Of a stretch of 41,412 nucleotides of DNA, positions 7,454-14,891 are shown piece after piece. A program made the translations under genes and the position numbers. The notes beneath the pieces are model-generated. The model did not search any database. It was not told the DNA's origin and saw only the letters and a program-made list of their open reading frames with translations. Numbering within the stretch: position 1 is the first letter of the stretch; the number at the start of each line of letters is the position of its first letter. The DNA is taken from IMG/VR virus record IMGVR_UViG_3300029580_000011. One strand, written 5' to 3'. The stretch is from a virus.

Positions 7454-7589
7454 GCCGTCATAGCTCAATAGGCAGAGCGCCGCCCATTTAAGGCGGGACA
7501 ACGGTGGTGACACCACGGGAACATCACTGCACAGCCAACCACTGCGCACATCCATTCCGTGGGTGCCGGTTCGAATCCGGCTGGCGGCG
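7454..7589 (+). tRNA. tRNA-Lys(UUU)-like gene with A33 and a 68-nt insertion at the variable-arm position
   Basis: Canonical acceptor (gccgtca/tggcggc), D arm (gctc-aataggca-gagc), anticodon arm ccgcc-CATTTAA-ggcgg and T arm gccgg-TTCGAAT-ccggc. nt 7497-7564 replace the 4-5 nt variable loop. Confidence 0.45.
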
Positions 7590-7659
7590 CATTCGATATT
7601 TTGACCGTTCGGATTTCCGGGCGGTTTTTCTTTTGCATGAGTTTAGAGAGGTGGTGGCG

Positions 7660-8172
7660 GTGGCCTACAGCAAAAACAAAAGGATAGGCAGACCGCCCGT
7701 CTTTGAGAGCAAAGAAGAACTTGAGAAAAAAATCGAAGAGTTCTTCAAAAGCTGCGAAGGGAGCGTCCTAGAAGACGAAACCGGAAAGCCTGTTTTGGAC
7801 AAATACGGAAACGTGATAAAAATCGACGAACGTCCAGAAACGGTCACCGGTCTAGCTTTGGCGTTGGGATTTAAGTCTCGGCAATCTTTGATTGACTATC
7901 AAGGCAAGCCCGAGTTTTCTGACACGATAACGCGCGCGAAGCTTCGATGCGAGAGATACGCCGAAGAACGGCTCTATGATCGTGACGGAAACGGCGGCGC
8001 AAGATTCAGCCTGCAAGTTAATTTTGGTTGGAACGATAAGCCGAAAGAAGCGGAGCAGGAAGAGCGTCACGATGATGGTTTGATAAAGGCATTGAATGCT
8101 GCCGCAGATGTCAGCCCGCCGGATGACGTGGAGATGCTGCCAGAGGAAGAGGATGACCATGCGGAAAAGTAA
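7660..8172 (+). CDS. terS: terminase small subunit
   Basis: GTG 8 nt after GAGAGG. N-terminus AYSKNKRIGRPPVFESKEELEKKIEEFF is HTH-type. It overlaps terL. The upstream part of track ORF 7504 covers the tRNA-like gene and is rejected. Confidence 0.7.
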   Translation: MAYSKNKRIGRPPVFESKEELEKKIEEFFKSCEGSVLEDETGKPVLDKYGNVIKIDERPETVTGLALALGFKSRQSLIDYQGKPEFSDTITRAKLRCERYAEERLYDRDGNGGARFSLQVNFGWNDKPKEAEQEERHDDGLIKALNAAADVSPPDDVEMLPEEEDDHAEK

Positions 8173-9406
8173 CGGTTTTCGCTGGAAAGCCCTCAGCCAG
8201 CGGCAAAAGATGGTTCTTTGCTGGTGGACACCGCAGAGCGCATACAGCGGCTACAACGGCATCATTGCCGATGGCGCTATTCGCTCGGGCAAGACCTTTG
8301 CCATGAGCTTTTCGTTCGTTCAGTGGGCCATGACCTGCTACAGCGGCCAGCAGTTTGCCATGTGCGGCAAGACCATTGCCAGCTTCCGGCGTAACGTGCT
8401 GGGGACGCTCAAACAGCAGCTTGCAGCCCGTGGCTACAACGTCAAGGAGCATCGGGCAGAAAACTGCATGACCGTCAGCAAGGGCGGAAGAACCAACGAG
8501 TTTTATTTTTTCGGCGGCAAGGACGAGAGCAGTCAGGACCTGATTCAGGGTATCACCCTTGCGGGCGCATTCTTCGACGAGGTGGCCCTGATGCCGCAAA
8601 GCTTCGTCAATCAGGCCACAGCCCGTTGCTCTGTCACCGGGTCAAAGTTCTGGTTCAACTGCAACCCGGGCAGCCCGCAGCACTGGTTTTATCTCGAGTG
8701 GGTGCGGAAATGCCGTTCCCGCAAGATGATGTATCTCCATTTCACGATGGACGACAACCTGTCGCTTTCCGAGGACATCAAGGCCAGATACCGCAGCCAG
8801 TACAGCGGCGTTTTCTATCAGCGCTACATTCTGGGCCTGTGGACGGTGGCTGAGGGCCTTGTATATGACATGTTCGACCGCAAAAAGCACGTCGTTGACG
8901 AGTTGCCGGAGCTTTCGCCAAAGAGCGCCTATGTGGCGTGCGACTTTGGAACCCAGAACGCAACGACCTTTTTGCTGTTCCAAAAGCAGGCAGATGCAGA
9001 CTGCTGGATCGTCACCCGGGAGTACTACTACAGCGGCCGCGAACAGAAGCGGCAAAAGACCGTGGGCGAGTATGTTGCAGACCTCAAGGCATGGCTGAAT
9101 GGTCTCAAGCCGGAGAGGATCATTGTGGACCCGTCGGCCCTGCCGCTGATCACAGAGTTGCGAAAGAACGGCTTTACCCAGACGCCCGCAAACAATGATG
9201 TCCTGAGCGGCATTCTGGACGTACAGACCATGCTGCAGACCGGGCGGCTGAAAATATACAAGGACTGCAAGCACACGCTGGAAGAGTTCGGCGTGTACGC
9301 TTGGGATCCAGATAAAGACGACACCGTGCTGAAGGTCAATGACCACTGCATGGACGCTATCCGCTATTTCGTGCGCACAAAGCGCCTTGTGAAACTGAGG
9401 GATTGA
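8159..9406 (+). CDS. terL: terminase large subunit (PBSX/Terminase_3-like)
   Basis: Walker A motif ADGAIRSGKT. Conserved FFDEVALMP and a C-terminal nuclease region HCMDAIRY. Confidence 0.9.
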   Translation: MRKSNGFRWKALSQRQKMVLCWWTPQSAYSGYNGIIADGAIRSGKTFAMSFSFVQWAMTCYSGQQFAMCGKTIASFRRNVLGTLKQQLAARGYNVKEHRAENCMTVSKGGRTNEFYFFGGKDESSQDLIQGITLAGAFFDEVALMPQSFVNQATARCSVTGSKFWFNCNPGSPQHWFYLEWVRKCRSRKMMYLHFTMDDNLSLSEDIKARYRSQYSGVFYQRYILGLWTVAEGLVYDMFDRKKHVVDELPELSPKSAYVACDFGTQNATTFLLFQKQADADCWIVTREYYYSGREQKRQKTVGEYVADLKAWLNGLKPERIIVDPSALPLITELRKNGFTQTPANNDVLSGILDVQTMLQTGRLKIYKDCKHTLEEFGVYAWDPDKDDTVLKVNDHCMDAIRYFVRTKRLVKLRD

Positions 9407-10803
9407 TTTTGAGCACTGTATACACATTCCAGACATTTCAGCAGGCGCAAGCCGCCGGGGAACAGCCTGATTTCATCCGGCGGTTCGTGCAGCAGCACTG
9501 CAGTTCCGGACCATACAAGATGGCACTGGACGCCGACCTGTACGACGCACAGAAAAACCCGGGGGCTGAACGCTTCGCGCAGGCTTACGCTTTGATGCTG
9601 AAACGCCTATCCAAAAACACCAAGCAAGACATCCTACACCCCGATATGGTCAAGAGCAATCTTTTTCGGCGGCTCAACAAGCAGAGAGCCACCTACTCCC
9701 TCGGCAACGGCGTGGTCTTTGCGGACGATGGCGTGGACAAGGGCAAGCTGGGGCAGAACTTTGATGAGCAGATCCAGAAAGCCGGATATTTTGCCCTGAT
9801 CCACGGCGAGAGCTTTGGCTTCTGGAACAACGACCATCTGGTGGTTTTCAAGCTGACCGAGTTCGCTCCCCTGTACGATGAAAAGACAGGACTTTTGCAG
9901 GCGGGTGTGCGCTTCTGGCGGCTGAACCCGGACACGGATATGCACTATATCCTGTACGAGTTGGACGGCTTCACTGAGTACACGGAAAGCAAAATCGGCA
10001 ATGTGATGCAAGAGACAACGCCGAAGCAGGCATACAAGAGCGTGACCGTCACCACACCCGGCGGCGGGCTGGAAAGCGTGGAGGGCGAAAACTACAGCGC
10101 CCTGCCAATTGTTCCACTGTGGGGCTCCGACCTGCACCAGAGCACGCTTGTGGGCTTAAAAGCCTACATTGACAACACCGATTTGGTGATGTCCGGCTTC
10201 TGCAATGACCTGCAGGACTTTTCGCAGATCTACTGGCTGTGCGAGAACTTCAACGGAATGACCGATGACGAGCTGCAGGAGTTCCTTGTCAAGCTGAATC
10301 TGTACCACATTGCAGGCGCAGACACCAGCGAGGGCGGCAAGATCACCCCCTACACCACCGAGATTCCTGTGACGGCCCGGCAGGCGCTGCTGGAACTGCT
10401 GCACACCCGGGTGTATGAGGACTTCGGCGGTCTGGATGTGCACTGTGTGAGCGCGGACAGCACCAACGACCATCTGGATGCAGCCTATGAACCGCTGAAC
10501 CAGAACGCGGACGATTTCGAGGCTCAGGTCAAGCCGTTCATACGGCAGATCTGCGCACTGGCGGGCTTTGACAACGCTATGCCGGCATTCAACCGCAGCA
10601 AGATCACCAACACCGCCGAGCAGGTCGCAACGGTGATTTCTGAGGCACCGATCATCGGGCAGGACATGGCCATTGATCTGCTGCCCAACCTGACCCCGGA
10701 ACAAAAGGAGCAGGCAAAGGCCGCGCTGATGGCGGAGAGCGCAGAACGGGAAACCGCGGGCGAGAATGAGGAAGAGGAGGACAACGAGGATGAAAATTCA
10801 TGA
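9403..10803 (+). CDS. portal protein (SPP1 gp6-like)
   Basis: 466 aa directly after terL with an acidic C-terminus. The TTG start at 9403 is uncertain. Confidence 0.8.
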   Translation: MILSTVYTFQTFQQAQAAGEQPDFIRRFVQQHCSSGPYKMALDADLYDAQKNPGAERFAQAYALMLKRLSKNTKQDILHPDMVKSNLFRRLNKQRATYSLGNGVVFADDGVDKGKLGQNFDEQIQKAGYFALIHGESFGFWNNDHLVVFKLTEFAPLYDEKTGLLQAGVRFWRLNPDTDMHYILYELDGFTEYTESKIGNVMQETTPKQAYKSVTVTTPGGGLESVEGENYSALPIVPLWGSDLHQSTLVGLKAYIDNTDLVMSGFCNDLQDFSQIYWLCENFNGMTDDELQEFLVKLNLYHIAGADTSEGGKITPYTTEIPVTARQALLELLHTRVYEDFGGLDVHCVSADSTNDHLDAAYEPLNQNADDFEAQVKPFIRQICALAGFDNAMPAFNRSKITNTAEQVATVISEAPIIGQDMAIDLLPNLTPEQKEQAKAALMAESAERETAGENEEEEDNEDENS

Positions 10804-10969
10804 CAGGATGAAAATATTTTTCTGGATTTTCTTTGGCGTGTGCGTTGCGCTTATCATTGGAATCGTAATTTTGAACGCCGTTTTAGCTGTTTACTACGTC
10901 AAAGGCATTTTTAGCGCAGATATGCCTGAATGGGCTAAATGGGCGCTTGTGACTTTTGCAGTGTCATGA
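10790..10969 (+). CDS. small membrane protein (59 aa)
   Basis: Hydrophobic core IFFWIFFGVCVALIIGIVILNAVLAVYY. ATG 10766 and ATG 10808 are alternative starts. Confidence 0.45.
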   Translation: MKIHDRMKIFFWIFFGVCVALIIGIVILNAVLAVYYVKGIFSADMPEWAKWALVTFAVS

Positions 10970-12006
10970 AACAGACCGACCGTGACCGCATCTCTACCCG
11001 CCAGCTGAACCGCCTGCGCCGCCGTATTCTCCGGGTGTATGGCACTGCCCGCCGGGAGATGCAGGAGCAGCTTACCGAGTTTCTGGCAAAGTACAAAGCG
11101 CTGGACGAGCGCAAGCGGGCGCAGCTGGATGCAGGCGAGATTACCGAGGATGATTACCGCATCTGGCTGCAAAATCAAGTCTTTCAGTCCGATTTGATGC
11201 ACGCCAAGCTGGACGGCATCACGCAGACCTGCACCACGGCCCAAGATACGGCCTACAAGCTGGCCCGGGACGAGCAATACAATATCTTTTCCTTTGGCGC
11301 AAACTGGGCTTTCTACGAGCTTGAACAGGCCGCAGGCGTTACGTTCGGGCTGACCCTGTACAACACCGAAGCGGTCAAGCTCCTGATGAAGGAAAACCCC
11401 CGCATGGTGCCCAACAAGCGCATCAAGAGCGAGAGCAACCGCACCTATGACGCCCGGGTGTTCAACCGCTATGTCATGCAGGGCATCGTGCAGGGCAAGA
11501 GCGTCCACGACATCGCCGTGCAGGCCGTCAACGGCATGGCTGACACAGAGATCCACTGGGCCATGAACAACGCCATCACAGCCCTTACCAGCGCCCAGAA
11601 TGCCGGGGCTTTGCAGCAGATGCGCAACGCCCAGGCTTTGGGAATCGAGGTCAAAAAGCGCTGGAACTCAACCCACGACTATCGAACCCGTGAGATGCAC
11701 CGCCTGCTTGACCAGCAGACGGCAGAGCTTGACGAGCCGTTCAAGGTCATGGGTTACGAGATTCAGCGCCCCGGCGACCCCAACGCAGCGCCGGAGATGG
11801 TTTACCACTGCCGCTGTGTGCTGTCCTCTGCTCTGGGCAAATATCCCCGGCAGAACGCCATGCAGCGGGACAATGTGACCAAAGAGACCACCCCCGTCAT
11901 GGATTACACCGAGTGGTATAAATCCAAGGGCGGAACAGAAGCCGAACAGATGTGGTGGGTGGAAGAGAGAAAACGGAGAAAGGAGAGCGCAAAGCATGAA
12001 AAATAA
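10966..12006 (+). CDS. head morphogenesis protein (Mu F / SPP1 gp7 family)
   Basis: C-terminal motif RPGDPNAAPEMVYHCRCVL. Sits after the portal, with an ATGA overlap. Confidence 0.8.
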   Translation: MKQTDRDRISTRQLNRLRRRILRVYGTARREMQEQLTEFLAKYKALDERKRAQLDAGEITEDDYRIWLQNQVFQSDLMHAKLDGITQTCTTAQDTAYKLARDEQYNIFSFGANWAFYELEQAAGVTFGLTLYNTEAVKLLMKENPRMVPNKRIKSESNRTYDARVFNRYVMQGIVQGKSVHDIAVQAVNGMADTEIHWAMNNAITALTSAQNAGALQQMRNAQALGIEVKKRWNSTHDYRTREMHRLLDQQTAELDEPFKVMGYEIQRPGDPNAAPEMVYHCRCVLSSALGKYPRQNAMQRDNVTKETTPVMDYTEWYKSKGGTEAEQMWWVEERKRRKESAKHEK

Positions 12007-12193
12007 GAAGTTTGGGATTGTCGTAATCAACGATGACTTTTTCTTGAACTTTTGCCGTGATTTTAAGCCACCGTGTGGTTACATTAAGCCAAAACACGCG
12101 CGGCCTTCCTACGGAAATGGCGCAAAGCCGCATGGAGCACACAAACGCCTTATTAGGACAATGGAAGGATTCAGAAAAAGAAAGAAGGGATGA
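11996..12193 (+). CDS. possible small basic protein (65 aa)
   Basis: ATG 8 nt after AAGGAG, overlapping the upstream stop. It marks the start of the lower-GC island. Confidence 0.3.
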   Translation: MKNKKFGIVVINDDFFLNFCRDFKPPCGYIKPKHARPSYGNGAKPHGAHKRLIRTMEGFRKRKKG

Positions 12194-12196
12194 GCC

Positions 12197-12832
12197 GTGA
12201 TTCTGCCGATGGAAAACACCGAAAAGATGATTTTTTCGGGCGTGGGCAAGTATGGCATCCCTGCGATTAAGCCTGAAACGGACATCCGAATTGACAAGCT
12301 GGAATGGATCCCTGTCAACTATGCACTGACTGCCAAAGACAAGGCCACAAAAGGCGTGCATTTTTACAAGGACGATTACCAGTTTGAACGGTTCTGGAAC
12401 AACCCAGACAAGTATATCCCGCTTTTGCAACAGTTTGGCGCGGTATGTTCGCCGGATTTTTCACTTTACAGCGATATGCCGTTGGCGGTGCAGCTTTTCA
12501 TGCACTACAAAAAGCACTGGCTTGCTGCCTACTGGCAAGCCCACGGCATCCACGTCATTCCAACGCTCTGCTGGTGCGGCGAGCAAAGTTATGACTGGTG
12601 CTTTGATGGTGAGCCCAGAAACGCCATTGTGAGCATTTCGAGCCACGGCACACAATCTGACCCATACGAAGCAGAGTGCTTTGCCAAACACTGCCGCAAG
12701 GCGCTGGAAGTGCTGCAACCAAGCGGTATTTTGTGGTACGGCAAGTGTCCGGCAGAATTTGACTGGAACGTGACCAAAATCAAGCCATTTGAATTTGAGA
12801 GAAAGGGGTATCGATGTGAGCAAAAGAGGTAG
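12197..12832 (+). CDS. DUF4417-like protein
   Basis: Motifs GVHFYKDDYQFERFWNNP, CSPDFSLYSDMP and WLAAYWQAHGIHVIPTL match the DUF4417 signature as I recall it. Confidence 0.7.
   Translation: MILPMENTEKMIFSGVGKYGIPAIKPETDIRIDKLEWIPVNYALTAKDKATKGVHFYKDDYQFERFWNNPDKYIPLLQQFGAVCSPDFSLYSDMPLAVQLFMHYKKHWLAAYWQAHGIHVIPTLCWCGEQSYDWCFDGEPRNAIVSISSHGTQSDPYEAECFAKHCRKALEVLQPSGILWYGKCPAEFDWNVTKIKPFEFERKGYRCEQKR
12771..12794 (+). repeat. cassette junction repeat, copy 1 (tgaccaaNNtcaagccatttgaat)
   Basis: 22 of 24 nt are identical to 13242-13265. It encodes the C-terminal TKIKPFEF of the DUF4417-like protein. Confidence 0.85.
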
Positions 12833-13220
12833 CGGCTCCGGCAGCACCCGCATGGGTGGCAGCAAAGATGGTACCATTGCAGGCGGCGCAAAAAGAACGA
12901 TAGAGGCCCGCTACATTGAGGGCCGTGGGTGGCAACGTGGACGGTATGATACAGAGGTGCTGGAGGCGACCACGGACGGAAAGGGCAACTTAACGTTCGA
13001 GTATGCACAGCCAGACACAAAAGAAAAGACCGCGAAAACCAACAAAACCAACTATCTGACGTACAATGTTCAGGCGGGCGCTGTTGATGGAGAGTCTTTC
13101 GGCATCAACTGGGACAAGGTGCAGTCTATCAGCGGCCAAACTTACAGTATGCGCGCAGAAGCAAAAGAACACGGCCTTTCTTGGGACGGCGCGACAAAAT
13201 CGTGGAAGCGTAAGAAATAG
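12816..13220 (+). CDS. cassette protein 1 (134 aa): SKRGSGS leader plus C-terminal K..G..WD...K.W (DUF5710-like) motif
   Basis: GTG 7 nt after AAGGGG; the start lies inside the last codons of the DUF4417-like gene. C-terminus GQTYSMRAEAKEHGLSWDGATKSWKRKK. Confidence 0.6.
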   Translation: MSKRGSGSGSTRMGGSKDGTIAGGAKRTIEARYIEGRGWQRGRYDTEVLEATTDGKGNLTFEYAQPDTKEKTAKTNKTNYLTYNVQAGAVDGESFGINWDKVQSISGQTYSMRAEAKEHGLSWDGATKSWKRKK

Positions 13221-13240
13221 CTATGAAATTTTGATGGGCT

Positions 13241-13291
13241 ATGACCAAGTTCAAGCCATTTGAATACGAAAGGAGGAACTACCGTGAGTAA
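13241..13291 (+). other. 16-codon mini-ORF MTKFKPFEYERRNYRE, a remnant of a DUF4417-type 3' end
   Basis: Parallels VTKIKPFEFERKGYRCEQKR at the end of 12197-12832. Its stop lies just after the GTG of the next gene. Confidence 0.4.
13242..13265 (+). repeat. cassette junction repeat, copy 2
   Basis: 22 of 24 nt are identical to 12771-12794, including the exact 15-mer tcaagccatttgaat. Confidence 0.85.
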
Positions 13292-13703
13292 ACGAGGTTC
13301 GGGCAGCTCTGCGAGAGCGGGCGGCGGAAGCGCTGATGAGCACAAGTTTGAATCATTTGTAAATGGCCGCTGGATAACAGACGACAGAAAAGTTGAAGCA
13401 GAACGGCAAAGAAAGCTTGCGACTATTGTTGACAATTCGAGATATAAGAAATCACACAACGAAACCATTGACTTTGTGAAAAAGCAAGTTGGCGTTGACC
13501 TTAACAAATACAGAACTGGTGATGGTTCTGAACCTTACATGACAACATTTTGGGAAAAAGGCCCAAAAGTTGCATTTGATTTCAAAGGAATGTCTCGCGG
13601 CGACTGGGACAAGTTAATGCAGCTAACAACAAAGCCGTATGGCGTTACTTTTGAGCAGGGAAATGCGTGGATTGGTTACATTTCCAGAAAGAAGAAAAAG
13701 TAA
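13284..13703 (+). CDS. cassette protein 2 (139 aa) with the same SKRGSGS leader
   Basis: GTG after AAAGGAGG. The N-terminus VSKRGSGSSARAGGGS matches VSKRGSGSGSTRMGGS of cassette protein 1; the remainder is unrelated. AT-rich. Confidence 0.6.
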   Translation: MSKRGSGSSARAGGGSADEHKFESFVNGRWITDDRKVEAERQRKLATIVDNSRYKKSHNETIDFVKKQVGVDLNKYRTGDGSEPYMTTFWEKGPKVAFDFKGMSRGDWDKLMQLTTKPYGVTFEQGNAWIGYISRKKKK

Positions 13704-13910
13704 ATGTGCAAGTACTGTGATACAAGCCAAATGCATGAAGAAAATATTGCTGACAGTGGGGTTGGCGATTTTTTAAGCATTGGTGTTGATAAAGCAAAAA
13801 AGTGCTATTTGAAATCGTGGGGAAACGATGAAGCCGTTTGGTATCCGAATTTTTGCCCTGAGTGCGGTCGCGTCTTAAAGAAAAAGCGAGAACCGAGGGG
13901 TGAACCGTGA
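13704..13910 (+). CDS. small zinc-ribbon protein (68 aa)
   Basis: CKYC near the N-terminus and CPEC near the C-terminus. AT-rich. Confidence 0.5.
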   Translation: MCKYCDTSQMHEENIADSGVGDFLSIGVDKAKKCYLKSWGNDEAVWYPNFCPECGRVLKKKREPRGEP

Positions 13911-14371
13911 ACTTTAACTACGACATCAAATTCACCGACAACACCCCACAGCTGCATGAGGCACTGGACTCTTGGGCGGAGCGGGTGCTGACCCGCTGGG
14001 GCATGAAGGTGCAGGACTACGCCCAGCTGCTTGTGCCTACAGGCACGGCAGACAGCACGGGCATTGAGGGCTACGTGGGCGGTGCGCTCAAGCAGAGCCT
14101 GACCTATGCCCTCGACCTTGCAAAAAAGACCGTGACCATCGGCAGCAACCTGTTTTACAGCGTCTATGTGGAGTTGGGCACGGGCATCTTTGCCGAGAAG
14201 GGCAACGGGCGCAAAACGCCGTGGGTCTGGAAGGACTTCAACGGCAAGTGGCACTTTACCCGGGGTATGAGAGCAGCCAACGAGGGTAAAGGATTCCTCC
14301 GCCCGGCGGTGGAAGAACACATTGACGAGCTGCGGCAGATTGCCGTGGAAGAAGGAAACAAGGAGGCATAA
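13907..14371 (+). CDS. HK97 gp10-family head-tail/tail-completion protein
   Basis: YSVYVELGTG and surrounding pattern. GTG overlaps the upstream stop. Confidence 0.6.
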   Translation: MNFNYDIKFTDNTPQLHEALDSWAERVLTRWGMKVQDYAQLLVPTGTADSTGIEGYVGGALKQSLTYALDLAKKTVTIGSNLFYSVYVELGTGIFAEKGNGRKTPWVWKDFNGKWHFTRGMRAANEGKGFLRPAVEEHIDELRQIAVEEGNKEA

Positions 14372-14375
14372 AAGC

Positions 14376-14693
14376 ATGACAGAACTTGAAATTTTGAGCG
14401 CATTGCTTGAAGTTGCTGCGAAAAGGCAGGAAGAAGCAGAAAGACTTTATAATGAGACTTCCGAAAGAATTGAAGAAATCAAAAATCAGATGCTTGAGGT
14501 GAAGAAAAAGAACAAGCCCAAGGCTGCAAAAGTCAAAGAATTGTTTGCAGCTGGTGTTCAGGCACGCAAAGCGCTTCAGGAAATGTGTGATAACGCATAC
14601 GGCGAAGGCAAAGCCAAAATTTCTGTTTTGGTCTATGTTCCGGCCGAAGCACAGGACTATCCGACAGACACAGACTGTGAATTTTCGCTCTAA
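14376..14693 (+). CDS. hypothetical coiled-coil protein (105 aa)
   Basis: Internal ATG of track ORF 14322. Lower GC, K/E-rich. Confidence 0.5.
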   Translation: MTELEILSALLEVAAKRQEEAERLYNETSERIEEIKNQMLEVKKKNKPKAAKVKELFAAGVQARKALQEMCDNAYGEGKAKISVLVYVPAEAQDYPTDTDCEFSL

Positions 14694-14739
14694 AATTAAA
14701 TACTCAGCGGTTGGCGCACAGCGTCAGCCGCTTTTTTAT

Positions 14740-14816
14740 GCCGTTTTAGCTCAGTCTGGCAGAGCACCGGACTTTTAATCCGGGGGCCGTGGGTTCAAGC
14801 CCCACAAGCGGCACCA
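14740..14816 (+). tRNA. tRNA-Lys (anticodon TTT), CCA encoded
   Basis: Cloverleaf: gccgttt-ta-gctc-agtctggca-gagc-a-ccgga-CTTTTAA-tccgg-gggcc-gtggg-TTCAAGC-cccac-aagcggc-a-cca. Confidence 0.9.
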
Positions 14817-14891
14817 CACCGGCAGCACGTCCGGTAAATAAACCTTATTGCCAAGCATGGCAGCCCGAGCAAGGGCAGAAAGGACTATCAC

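Noticed and set aside
7504-7659. N-terminal 52 codons of track ORF 7504-8172 (MVTPREHHCTANHC...).
   Set aside because: This stretch overlaps the T arm, acceptor and insertion of the tRNA-like gene 7454-7589. A GTG at 7660 with a GAGAGG RBS gives a typical TerS N-terminus.
12007-12196. A possible promoter for the head-module island in the lower-GC spacer.
   Set aside because: Only weak hexamer matches were found (TTGAAC with no acceptable -10 at 16-18 nt). The region may instead be coding, as the 65-aa ORF 11996-12193.
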